A stretch of DNA of 64,000 nucleotides from Balanoglossus misakiensis (Eukaryota; Animalia; Hemichordata), in the NCBI GenBank assembly GCA_040954595.2, contig CM082584.2, positions 12,430,875 to 12,494,874 of the forward strand, given 5' to 3'. Positions 39,501 through 50,900 of this stretch are shown in pieces. Position 1 is the first letter of the stretch. Every line of letters begins with the position of its first letter. The notes below the pieces were generated by a model that saw only the letters and a program-made list of their open reading frames with translations, was not told where the DNA came from and ran no database searches. Position numbers and translations under genes: made by a program.

Positions 39501-40162
39501 TTCCATATTTTAATGCACCAAGGTTCAACTGTAAAATTGAGTGGTTTTCCTGGCTTATCTTTACAATTCCAAAATGCAGTGTTCCTAGCTTTGCTGTCAA
39601 AACCATCAAATCCAAGCGTGTCCTCTAGGAGTTTTGACTCCCCCTCCTCCTCCTCTTTTTGTGTCCCTGTTGGAGACTTGTCTGTGGGGATTTCCTCCAC
39701 CGCATGGACTGTAATATTGCAACAGTCTAAAGTAAAGTAGAATGGTTTCAGTTTTTGTTCACAATTTTTGTTATCTTCAGCATCATCACCACTGGTAGTG
39801 GTAGACAAAAGTTCATCTGTTGAGATTGACTGACCGCCTGCGCCCTGGGATAATTCCTCAGGTGATTTCTGGGTTGCATATAATCCTCCTTCGACTTTAC
39901 CTCCGACATCCGATGATCCAATGCAAGAGTGATCGATTACTTCATCTAGCGTCGTCTTTGTTTCTATAGCAACTGGCGATGTTGTCGGTCTCCTGGGGTT
40001 CGGTTCAGTGAACAGCAAAATGTTTCCAGCGAAACTTCTCTCTTTAAAACTAACTCTCAGGTCGAGAATGAAATGTCTGACGAGGATATATGCTGTGTTT
40101 GCCATCAATGGCAAATCTTTGCCGGGATCAAGACCCCCAGGGTCTACCGTACAGGGATCCAT
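36543..40162 (-). CDS. AOPEP: Aminopeptidase O (M1 zinc metallopeptidase)
   Basis: Multi-exon gene with short introns. Motifs: DLPLMANT..VRHFILDL, INNRALFPCQEPP, LGPHPFSRLDLLIVP, SLGMASP (the AOPEP variant of GAMEN), HEISHSWFG..EEWMSEGFATY (HEXXH-X18-E), FMQVHYIKGYFLL, DVRHRWCEL, QAMGVYLYGELM. Confidence 0.93.
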
Positions 40163-40589
40163 TTCAGGCCAGCTGAATGTGCAATGTACACAAACCGGGT
40201 CCCTATGAGGTCAACGTTGGTCAAAGGTCAAAGTTTATAACGCGCATAAGAACTTACTTTGAGTGTGTGTACCCGTACGTAATTGTAGGTAAAATGTATT
40301 TCTCATCATTTATTTCAATGTTTTAACGTAATCTACAACTGTTAATATATTTTAAATGATTTGTTTTGTACTATTTATCACTACTTCTTATAATCTTCAT
40401 TCGGGCGCAGCAATTCGACTTCGTGTTAATTTGCTCTTTTTGGGGACGCTAACTAAAAGGAACAGCGGTAACCACCATGTAGTTTACGGAAGTGGTTGCT
40501 AATGAGCAAGCAGGCATCGTCTGCAACTATAACGGTACTCATACACACTCGTTTTTCTTCAGTTTGTGTCTTCGTAAAAGCTGGTAACC
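40163..40589. promoter_or_regulatory. Bidirectional promoter region AOPEP/BTBD19
   Basis: Divergent ATGs are 427 bp apart. The interval has an AGGTCA half-site array (40208-40237), an ETS-like CGGAAGT (~40487) and an X-box-like GTAACCATGGCAAA overlapping the BTBD19 ATG (40584-40597). Confidence 0.6.
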
Positions 40590-43058
40590 ATGGCAAATGA
40601 ACAGTTTATGAAGGGTGACATATCTCTGTTCGCCAAAGAGATGAGAAAATTGATAAACCAGAAGGAAATGAGGTAAGATTTAGTCGGGATAGTTTAATAT
40701 TTTGATAGACTAGTCTGTCTTCGATCACTATTTGGGTAATAGTTGGGCATGGGTCAGAGTGAATTCGCTCTTTGTATCGTGTTTCTGGTGCTGAATCCGC
40801 GATACTTTACATGACAGTGGTCATAACTTGACCGCAAGCTATCCAGAGTTTGACATTGGAGGGTACTTCCATACATATCGTTCAGGCATGTAGAGGAATC
40901 ATGGAAAGATGGTATTAAAGAGGTTAGGGCGCCACCTATTGTAAAAATAACAAAATTTTGGTACCACTAATGTATTATAAGTATGTTTTCACATCAACCT
41001 AGCCCTTGTTCAGCTACCCATAAATATAACACTTTTTTTTTCTGTTCCTTTCAAGTGATGTCAAATTTGTTGTTGGAGAATCCAGGCGGACGATTTATGC
41101 TCATCGCTGCATCTTGTCCACAAGATGTGAGGTGTTCCGAGCAATGTTTTCTGACCAAGCAGCATCTGGTGAAGACTCCACAGTACCATTTGTCCTTTCA
41201 GATGTTGACGCTGATATCTTCCTAGCCGTCTTAGAATTCATATACACAAACTGTGTCACTTTGAATAGTAAGACAGTAAGTATGGACTAACTTCAGGGAT
41301 GCGAAAAGAGTGTGTACTGTACCACCTCAGATTTTGCTGTAAGCTGGTTGATCATCACCTGTTGTTTTCAGCTTTCCTGACACCATTACCCACATTACTG
41401 GGAATATTAACCCTTTTCCTCCCACACCAATGTTTTTCCAGGCAATTGAAGTACTAGCATCATCAATAGAATATGGTTTAGACGAACTGAGAAGACTTTG
41501 TAATGATTACTTAGTGGATACACTGGCTGTCAACAATGCCTGTGAAGCCATGCAGGCAGCGGTTACATATGGTCAAGATGAACTCAGAGAAACCTGTCTA
41601 GGCTTCATTGAAAATAACACTAAAGTAAGTTGCAGATATCTCTCTCCCACTGAAGCACGTTTTTGTGTAATCAACACTGTTATATCTCACAATTGAATTT
41701 TAACATAGGTGTGTAAATTTCAATCTGTGCTCATTTTCTTTTCCTGACAGACTGTTTTCAAGACCAAGGGATTCCATGAAATGTCAGAAGAAGCCTTGTC
41801 AGTTGTGTTAGAAAGTGACAAATTGTTATTAGATGAATTGGACATACTGGCCTGTGTTAGAGAATGGGCTACAGTCAATTCTGTAAGTATTAGGACTACA
41901 AGTTTTCCAATTAAACACAGGAATCCGCTGTTATTCTTGAATACTAGTACTTCCTGATATGGATCATTTAGAAAGATAACCATCTGTTGGACCAACTCCT
42001 GGGAAGAATCGTGTCGAATTTCACAATTAAGGAAAGCCACACCAAAGGAAGTAAAATTGAATAAAAATCAGTGTTCCTGCAGGCATGAATCTCTTCCACT
42101 GTTTGTTGTGGAACTTCTCCTAAAAACCTCATTCTATTTTAGGCCATGTATCTAACTAGCACAGTGATTCATTGCCATGAGCAGTTGGGTGTTGTCACTT
42201 TCATCATGGGGTCGTGTGTTATCTGCTATTTGGGAAAATTCCACATCCCTGAGATAAATATACTTATACATGTACATTTCCTTTTGCCCTTCCAGAGTGT
42301 TGATTTCAAGGAAATTGAAATTCATGTTTTTTAGGTCGCTATGAAAATAGCTCTTTGGGCGTATCAAGGGTGTGAAAGGAGTATTAGCTCATGAAAGTAC
42401 ACGATGAGGTCATGAGTTGTGGTTCCTGCTCTAGATTGGGTGCCACCAGTTCATATTTTCAAAGTGTTGTAGCAAACATTCTGTTCTTTCTTTTCTCAGG
42501 TTGTAATGGGAAGAACAGTTGAATCTGTTGCTGAGAATGTCATAGTGCATGTCAGAATACCGCTGCTATCATCCGAGGAAATCAAGAAAATTGAACAAAA
42601 TAACAAGAAGGAACCATTTGTACCGGTGAGTATTGTGTTTGTGTGTTGCCATGGTGATTGTTGCTTGCATCCATTACCATGGTGATTGTTGCGCTTGTTA
42701 ATTACATGCATTTGCTACAACAGACCAATCATTACACACAGGTCTTATTATAAAACTTATTCTTTCATGCCCGGGGAATTGTCTTTTCCTAGAATAAGAA
42801 GAACACGGATATCAATGAGATCTTCATCCAGGGTATTTATGCCACTGGCAAGTTTTCCAATTTTAAACCACACCTGGAAAGCCTTGACGTGTTGTTTTCA
42901 ATCGTTTGTGATTCTTGATATTGCAGGTAACAATGATTTCGTTTGCCTGGAAGTACCATGCATTGAGACAAGCTGAGTCGGGAAACCCACAGACAAAGCT
43001 AAGAAGAGGAACTACGGCCAGGGATACACACGATGGCTTGATTAAATGGGACGACTGA
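40590..43058 (+). CDS. BTBD19: BTB/POZ-BACK domain protein 19
   Basis: Exons approx. 40590-40672, 41056-41275, 41442-41624, 41751-41882, 42500-42625 and 42927-43058. Peptides SDVKFVVG..YAHRCILSTRC..FLAVLEFIYTN..EYGLDELRRLC..CEAMQAAVTYG..AWKYHALRQ..RRGT match recalled BTBD19. Confidence 0.88.
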
Positions 43059-44326
43059 GGACTGGACTGTTGTTGTAGAGAGAACATAATGGCACCACAG
43101 ACAGCTGTTTAGATAGAGCATCCATGTTGCATGTTGAGACACAGATGACCTACAGGGATAAAGCACCTAGCACTGGAACATTATCTGAAATAACACACCA
43201 GAGAGAAACAACCTCTGGTATGCCAAAGAGACTGACTTGATACAGAGATGCATTAGCACAGATATTTGACAGGATACCAGACTATATCCTTGACTTCTTG
43301 GGGAGGGAGACAAGCTCTGCCAGAGAGTTTGATCCACACAGACCTGAAAGGGACATTGCATACACAAAACACGGTGGCCATCACTGATATAGCCTGGTAT
43401 TAAACAGCAGCTCATGAATATTAACGTTATGTCATGGTGTCAGTGACCTGTGCTTAGATTGATAGCTTTTTAATCCGAGGGGATTGGCTTTCCAGAGTTT
43501 TGTTTTCTTATTCACTACTCTGAAACTTGCTTGTGTTTATGCTATCCCGTTTGGCCGTAGCACTTATGAGAGGTGACTGACTCAAAGGATGTAGAGATTA
43601 GATTAAGGAGCTGGTTCACTGCATTCATCTCAACACAATCAGCACCAATCTAATTAAGGCCTGTTGTAAGGGGTCACTGCAAGGTCAAGATGCAGATAAA
43701 CCAAAGATAACACCAATGTTCTGTAATGCTACACTTTAGCAAGCTACTGGTGACAGAGCAAATACCAAAAAGTTCCAGTGACTTTCTTTAAGATGTGTGA
43801 AATCAATTTCTTAACTTCTGCTACAGTTAACAACATGGGTGAAGTCTATAAAACTGATCCAGACAGTGATTAGATAGGAAGGTGCTCTGGTCTATTACAG
43901 ATAAAGATTACAGAGTAGCACATACAAGAAGGAGATATGGACTTATTTGTATATCACAGACCAAAGTCTAGAGATTTTAGGAGACTTGATAAGTTTATTA
44001 GTTTATCAGACCTTTCAAACTAACACATAAATGTTTGTGCAAACTTCTTCCCTGGTAATGTTTTCTATATGGAAATTGGCTACATAATGTCAAGTGATTT
44101 TTTGTAAAATAATACAGTATATATATTTCTGGAAATGATTATGTTGTTACCACTATTTATTCTGAAAAGATTGTAAATAAAATTTGTATTCCATCATGTA
44201 TATACTTGACCTTGAGATTTTTAATAATACAATATTACTGGTATTATGAATTTCTTGTGTTTGTATTTTTCTCATATAAAATACACAAATATATGTGTAA
44301 CTGCAGAAAAGAAAATCACAAGGAAC

Positions 44327-44361
<35 letters not shown>
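44327..44361 (+). repeat. (ATG)n microsatellite in the BTBD19 3' region
   Basis: About 11-12 perfect ATG units. Confidence 0.95.
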
Positions 44362-44904
44362 ATTTTGCTTTAAAATGTATTGCTTCATTATTTTGTCTCG
44401 CTTGATTTGGACCAATCAACATGGAAGAATAAGTTCACCATGGTAACACATTACATACGCCAGAAATGTCACTAGCATGATGAATAAAATGGCTATCATT
44501 GAAATATATATTTTAATAAAATTTTATACTGTTTTGGCTGTCCATATTCATTTTCGTGTTGAAAAATCCCACGTCTGACCGCGCCCAACCGAATGGCAAC
44601 CACCCCTACCTATAATGGTCCAGTCTATGCTGTAACCTTTGAACTTATGACTGTACATTTCAAATCCATCAATCGATGTATGCAGCTGCTTGCAGATACT
44701 GTGAAATTACTGCCAAATGTAAGCGATTTTGAGCACTCGGCGGGTTTCCGCTGGAAAATAAGGCCATATAGCTGTTCAGGGTAAGTACCAAACAGTTTGT
44801 TGTGAAAAAAGAGCAAGCGGGAACAAGTAAATTGTGAATATCGAGACGCAGAGACGAGTCGACAGACGACATCATTTTCTTACTCGGAGAGGAGAGAACT
44901 GAAA

Positions 44905-47900
44905 ATGGAGAGTGGAGACTGCGATGATGTCGCGGCTGGAAACGATGAACTGAATCGAGACTGTGACGAGCCTTCTGACCATCATGTGCTTCAAGTCAGA
45001 CGAGTAGCTGGAATTTCCAGTGAGGTCGTAAGGAAGATCCAGGCAGCGGAGGATTATGCGGCGAACATGGATAGAGAAGATAGAGATTCGGACAGTTTGT
45101 CGGGGAGTACGAGTTCCGTTAGCACGGTAACCGTCGACGGCAAACAAATCAAATCGTCTGTGATACAGGAGAGAGAATTGCGGGGAGGAGCCTACGTTCT
45201 TCGGACAGTTGAAATACATAAAATTCAAGGTGAGACATTAGGTATTTATATCACCGAAGGAGATGGTTTTAACAAAAAAGATGGAATATTTATTTCTAGA
45301 CTGGCCTTGGGAAGTGTGTGTGATCAGAATGGGTTATTACAGGTTGGTGATGAGATTCTATCGGTGAATAACGTAGATGTAACTCGGATGAATCTCGATG
45401 AAGTCTGCCATGTTATGAAAATACCTTCCCGACTTTTAATCACTGTGAAAACAAAACAGATCGGTAAAATCAAACGAAATTCTGCGCCCGCCGACTCACC
45501 TCGCAGCCGGGGAAGGGACCTTCTCGACGCTCAGCCGCGCAGAGAGAGCGAAACTGCCGTTCATAAATACGCGAGATCGAAGTCATCGGAGCCCCCGCAG
45601 AGGCCGGCTACAGCACCTAGCTCCATCACCGATCACGGCTCTCGGCATCACAGCGATAGCAGCATTGAAAGCAGGGAACATTTGCCAGATATCAACAAAT
45701 CGCCCCGAATGAAACAGAAATCGAGACTGCACGAAATTGATGATGGGGGGAGACTGTCAGCGGCTAGTCTGTCAAGCTCATCTGAGAGGGTCAGTCCAGT
45801 GGATGAGTTCAGCAGAAGCTGGGATCTGGCGTCGCCGCTTAGCAGCGGAAGAAATTCACTAGAAAGGGAGAGAGGAAATTCAAATGGGGGTAATTCTGCA
45901 GTGAGACCGCCTGAAGTTGTGATCATTGGCTCCGAGGAACACGGCACACCGCAACAGAAACAGAAAGCTAAACCAAATTCAAGGCCACCATCTCGACCAA
46001 AGTCGGCAATTGATTTATTTGACAAGGAAGCCAAATTTATTGATGATGATGGACTCCATGACATATCAACCAGGCCAAGGGAGCGTGCAAGGAATCAGAG
46101 ATATTCCACCCTCAGTCCCCATATGAGTCACCGACCGACAATATCACCAACTAGCATTCACGTGTCAGGAAACTATGATGCGCTTACTAGTCCACGATAT
46201 GTAAGGAAAAGTGTGAACGTTCCATCCTACTCTTGGGATGATTCGCTTCCAGAACTGACCATGGGAACAAGTTCAATTGCAAGACCGTCGAGGAAGCACG
46301 ACCACGACCGACCCAAATCGCCGCAGTCCTTTCCGACAACAGAGATAGATGATGGAGTGATGACGGTTCCACGAGATAAACCCAAGCGTCAAATCCGCAA
46401 GTACACAGGGAGCAAGTCCGATGTCTCCCCCATGCGGAAGCAACGTGGCAAATCTGATGGAGAGTCGGCCAATCCAGCGAGGTATCTGTGGCAGCGCTTA
46501 CATTGGTCCAAAGGAGATTCCAGACCTGTTCCCATGACATCTGACTTTGCTGATGTTACACTGCCTGATATAACTTCCCATGGTTCTATGTATGAAGAAC
46601 AACTGCTTTCACCGAAGGAACTTAAGCATGGTAAGTCAGATCTCTTCTATTTTCTATTATTATGTAACCATGGCTACATTAGGAGACTCACTCCTGTAGC
46701 CATGGTTACTGTAAAAATATACATTATGTCTTTATCAGAACAACAGTACATACATGTATGTTAAGGTAAGTTTCATGCCACTCTTGTGATGATCCTTTTT
46801 GAATGAATCATTCAACTAAGGATTGTCACAACTGATTGGTAGATAGTTCAAAATATCTTGACATATGTCGGTGGGTAAGTTTGTAGATAGACAGAGCTAT
46901 ATAGATACATACATACATACATGATATAAACATACACACAGATCAATATTGTGAAGTTGTAGAGCTATATAAATTTCAACCAGCCCAGGTGTCATGGCAT
47001 GAAAACAGTCACACCCAAAGATTACCCAGCATGCAACACCAGCGGCTCACATAGTAAGTAGGGCATATTACCGAAATTAAATCATCAGAGGAAAAGAGAT
47101 CAAGGTACCTCAATAAAAGTCTCCAATACTTGGAATACATCTTCTGTGAGGACATTCTATCAAAACAGCTTAGTAGGTCGATGACAGTGGATGGGGAATA
47201 ATGTTACTGCAGGAATGTGCACAGTGGCCTCAACCTTCTTGTGTTAGGCCTTGTGTCAGATTACATCAGAAATCGTAATCAGGTGTTGAGTATGTTGATT
47301 CACAGTGACTGTAGTTGACTAATGTGAAATGCTTTTTTTGTCAGATGTCAATGAGTGTCAGAGAAACCTAATCCAAATTTCTACACTGTTCTAACGCTGT
47401 GAATCCTTTAAATTTGGCATTCATTGTGGCTACAAATGAAATGTTCATTTCTATGATCCTCAATGGAGTGTCGAAATTGACAAATGATTTTCTTGTTTAA
47501 TAACTGGGTGAATAAGACATGCGATCCTGTATCACCCAACAAATTGTTCACAATCCACCTGTGTGAGGGTCGATAACAGGATATTGTTGTGTATTTACAC
47601 ACCTGAGACAAATACACTACTGTTACCCCGTTCTGTGCATGCTGGGTTCGTCTAGCAATGTATGTCTGTATCATAATGGATGTCTATCTTGATATAATAA
47701 TGTTGAAGCTGCAGGGAAATTTCCCATCGGCTGTGAAATATTAGAAATATTTCAGAAAGAAAAAAATTTACGTCCTCCACAGTACACTGTCTATTTTGAT
47801 ACTATTTTTGGTGTGTTGGGAGTTGACGGAGGTATGTACGGCTTAGAATATGCGCAAGGACATGGTATTATGAGGATATAATTATTCATTTTTGGTCACT

Positions 47901-50900
47901 TTTGACGATTGAAATAGCTGAAGATAATTGGCTGGAAATAAAATTGGAAAAAGATTAGTGAATGTGGTCAAAATTAGAAAAATATCAAGGACAGCACTTC
48001 ATCGATACCGTAAAATATACACTGGATAACCTTTCCAGAAAGAGAATAAATTATGCTAATTTTGACAGCGTTCTATTTTTAACCATATTTAAAATTCTCG
48101 GCAGTTTGCTGCGTCCTTTATGACTGTGCTGCATTCAACAACCATAGTCACACCCTTGAATCCCCCGATTTCACGGTATGGCTCACTGCCGTATTTCCAC
48201 CACGGATCCATCAAATTTATTTGCTTTTCATTCACGGCATGAGAGCGTTTGAAATATTCAATAAATTTACCGTGACTGGTTTATCAATATTTAATATCTT
48301 TTGAGAGGGCAGCTGCTGTTACGATAGATAAAAAATTCACCGTGGCCTTGATAAAACATCCAGGACAAGGGCAAGATATTTGATCGTGTTAAAAAAATTT
48401 CATAGATGGCTTTTTCTCAATTTCTCATCATTTTCCCAGAGCAGATCCACGAAAGTGACCCAGATTTTAGGGCTGGCATTTTGTATCAATTTACATTTGT
48501 GTGTGATTTATTAGGGCACTGTTTGAAGGAATTTCTGAAAATTGACTCATCAAAATGATCAGTATCACAGATGATTACATATTCAGCTTCTGTGTGGTAC
48601 GGCATGTTTTTTTATGGCCAAACTGCAACGCCCCAAAAGACAGTGTGCTGTTGTAGAGTAAAGAAATTGGGCAAAATTGTCAGAGAGTAGAAAGAAAACA
48701 TGCATGATCAAATTAGTACACATAAAAACAACTGAAGGTTTTTTTTACTAAAAAGGGAAAATCAATTCTGACGTCAGAAGCTGCTACTACCTGTCATCAA
48801 ATCGACCTTGGAATGTCCTTGTTAACAAGAAATCTACATGAAGAACTCCTCTCTTCCTTGGAGGATGTTGAATGTTTGTTATTTACAAATTCATGTAACC
48901 CACATCTTCAAGATAGAAATTTATACTCCATTTGGAAACTGAGCTTCAGAGTGTAATTTATACAACAAGGATATATCATATGAAATGAACACCATCTCTG
49001 TTGAAATCTTGCGTGGATAAATGTTACATGTGTATGTTTGTCGTGGTTTTCAAATCTCCCAGTTTGCTTTAAGGAGATACATGTATATCAGTGAAGATGT
49101 TTATTTAGAATTGTCTGAATTGGTTTGTGTCCGTACACTCAGTGGCAGCAACCAATAGATCGTTCATAAAAAGACAAGAGGGCTCTGCTAATGAAGTGTT
49201 AAAACTTTTATAATCTACAAGGTTTCTACTAAAAGCACAAGTGGGTTTTTGAAGATATGATAACTAATCTATGAGAAGTGGTCACACATTGGATAAACTT
49301 TGGCCCTGGTAATCTCAAGATGTTTATATTGTGGTCTGTCTCCATGTTTATTCGTAGTTTACTTTGGTGGGGGGTTTTATGGCGCATGTAATTGCCCCAG
49401 GAGATCCCAAGACTAGATGCAAATGAGGGTGGCACACTTGTTTGTGGTAAGGCTAGGTTTTGATTGACAGCTCGCAGGGCCTGGGTTGAGAAAGAGCTTT
49501 GTATGTGTGTGTCCAAGTGTCTGACACCTCAAGTAGTGATTCGCAGTGATCCTGAATGACCCCTATAGATTCTGTAAACGAATCACCAGGGGAACATCAC
49601 CTGATGTGGACTTTTTCAACATTTAGGTCTGAATATTTGGTCTGAATATCTAGTCTTCTGATGCATGCAGTTTGTTGAAAGTATATCCTGTCAGACACTG
49701 AACCAAGGAATGATACGAGCGAACAACATTATGTGTAGGTGGGACAATCACATGTATGGTTGTTCAAAAAACTTTTTTTTCCAGATTCCATTAATCAAAT
49801 ACACAGAACACCTGCTTTCCTCATTATGTTTTATGACTTAAACTCAAAGACCGTGGTTATGTACTACTTTACAAAAATTGTTTACAGACCACCTGCTTTT
49901 TTGTCTGCTCTTCAGGTACCGTACTGTATATTACTGAAAGAAACCCACAAAAATATGTTGTTGAAAAACATTTTGTTATAATTCATCTGCAAAATGCTGC
50001 CTGGGTTTGATTTGGTCTTTGCATATTCTCATGTACGTACAGCTGTTGGAAATTGAATATCTGTTTCCAGCACTCTGGTACATCTGTCGTGGTTCTGTGC
50101 ATTTATAAGTTCGATTGACAGATTCTAAGGCCATGTTGGCCATTCAGAATTAGACCCAGAGAAATAATCTGAGTTCACTGAGGACATATGGAATCCAGGG
50201 ACCCCCCCCCCCCTCCCCCCACCTTTTTAAATAGATGAGATGCAGTATATCACACCAAATTTTCACCATTAGTGGTATTCAGTTACAGGTACTGGGGGTA
50301 CAGGTTTGTGTTCAAAATAAAGACCTGTGTAACAATAGACAGATTTGCTTGTTGAAAGCAAGAAAAGGGAGACTGGTAGAATCGATGGTGCCATTGTCTG
50401 CTGATTTGCCCAGTTAGCAACACTGAGTAGGGATCACCGATAGGTCAATCTCGTTACTTGTATGTATTGCGAAAGTAAAGAAAAGGAACACCCTGCTGTG
50501 TGTGTCACATTTGATATCGCACAATTGATACCACTGTGTTGGTCTGATCATTGAGAGACAAAAATATGAGAGAGAAACTTTTTGCAAAGAGCGTACGTGT
50601 GCTGAGCTGTTGTTAACACTGATCAAGTTTCAAACCCTTTACTCAGAAAGTGGCAGTGAACACTTTGAGAAATCAAATCAATGTTCGACACAGGGACTTG
50701 GTCGTGAACCCCCGCCCACATTCTTGTATGGCAGAACACCCCTCCCCTCTTATCTCTGGGTGTTACCACTGCCCCTCCCACTTTCTTGAAATGAGAGAAA
50801 TGTACATCACAGGCAGGTCACATTGGTCATCGAGATGTATGTGAACTTACTGCATAATGTCTCCTCATGTTTTCACAGTGGGAAGTTTTTGTGTCACAGT

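Noticed and set aside
36543-40162. miR-23/27/24 cluster within AOPEP
   Set aside because: The introns are short and I saw no matching mature sequences or hairpins. The TTCACAGTGG at 26478 is a splice acceptor in CDC14.
43284-43295. ATATCCTT / GTATCCTT U12-donor-like motifs at ~43285 and ~62803
   Set aside because: Both lie in 3' UTRs with no exon context or paired branch site.
44153-44446. ORFs with poly-His or poly-Met runs
   Set aside because: They are translations of the (ATG)n microsatellite in untranslated sequence.
45648-46540. Antisense ORFs over the RhoGAP exons
   Set aside because: They are shadow ORFs of a long coding exon.
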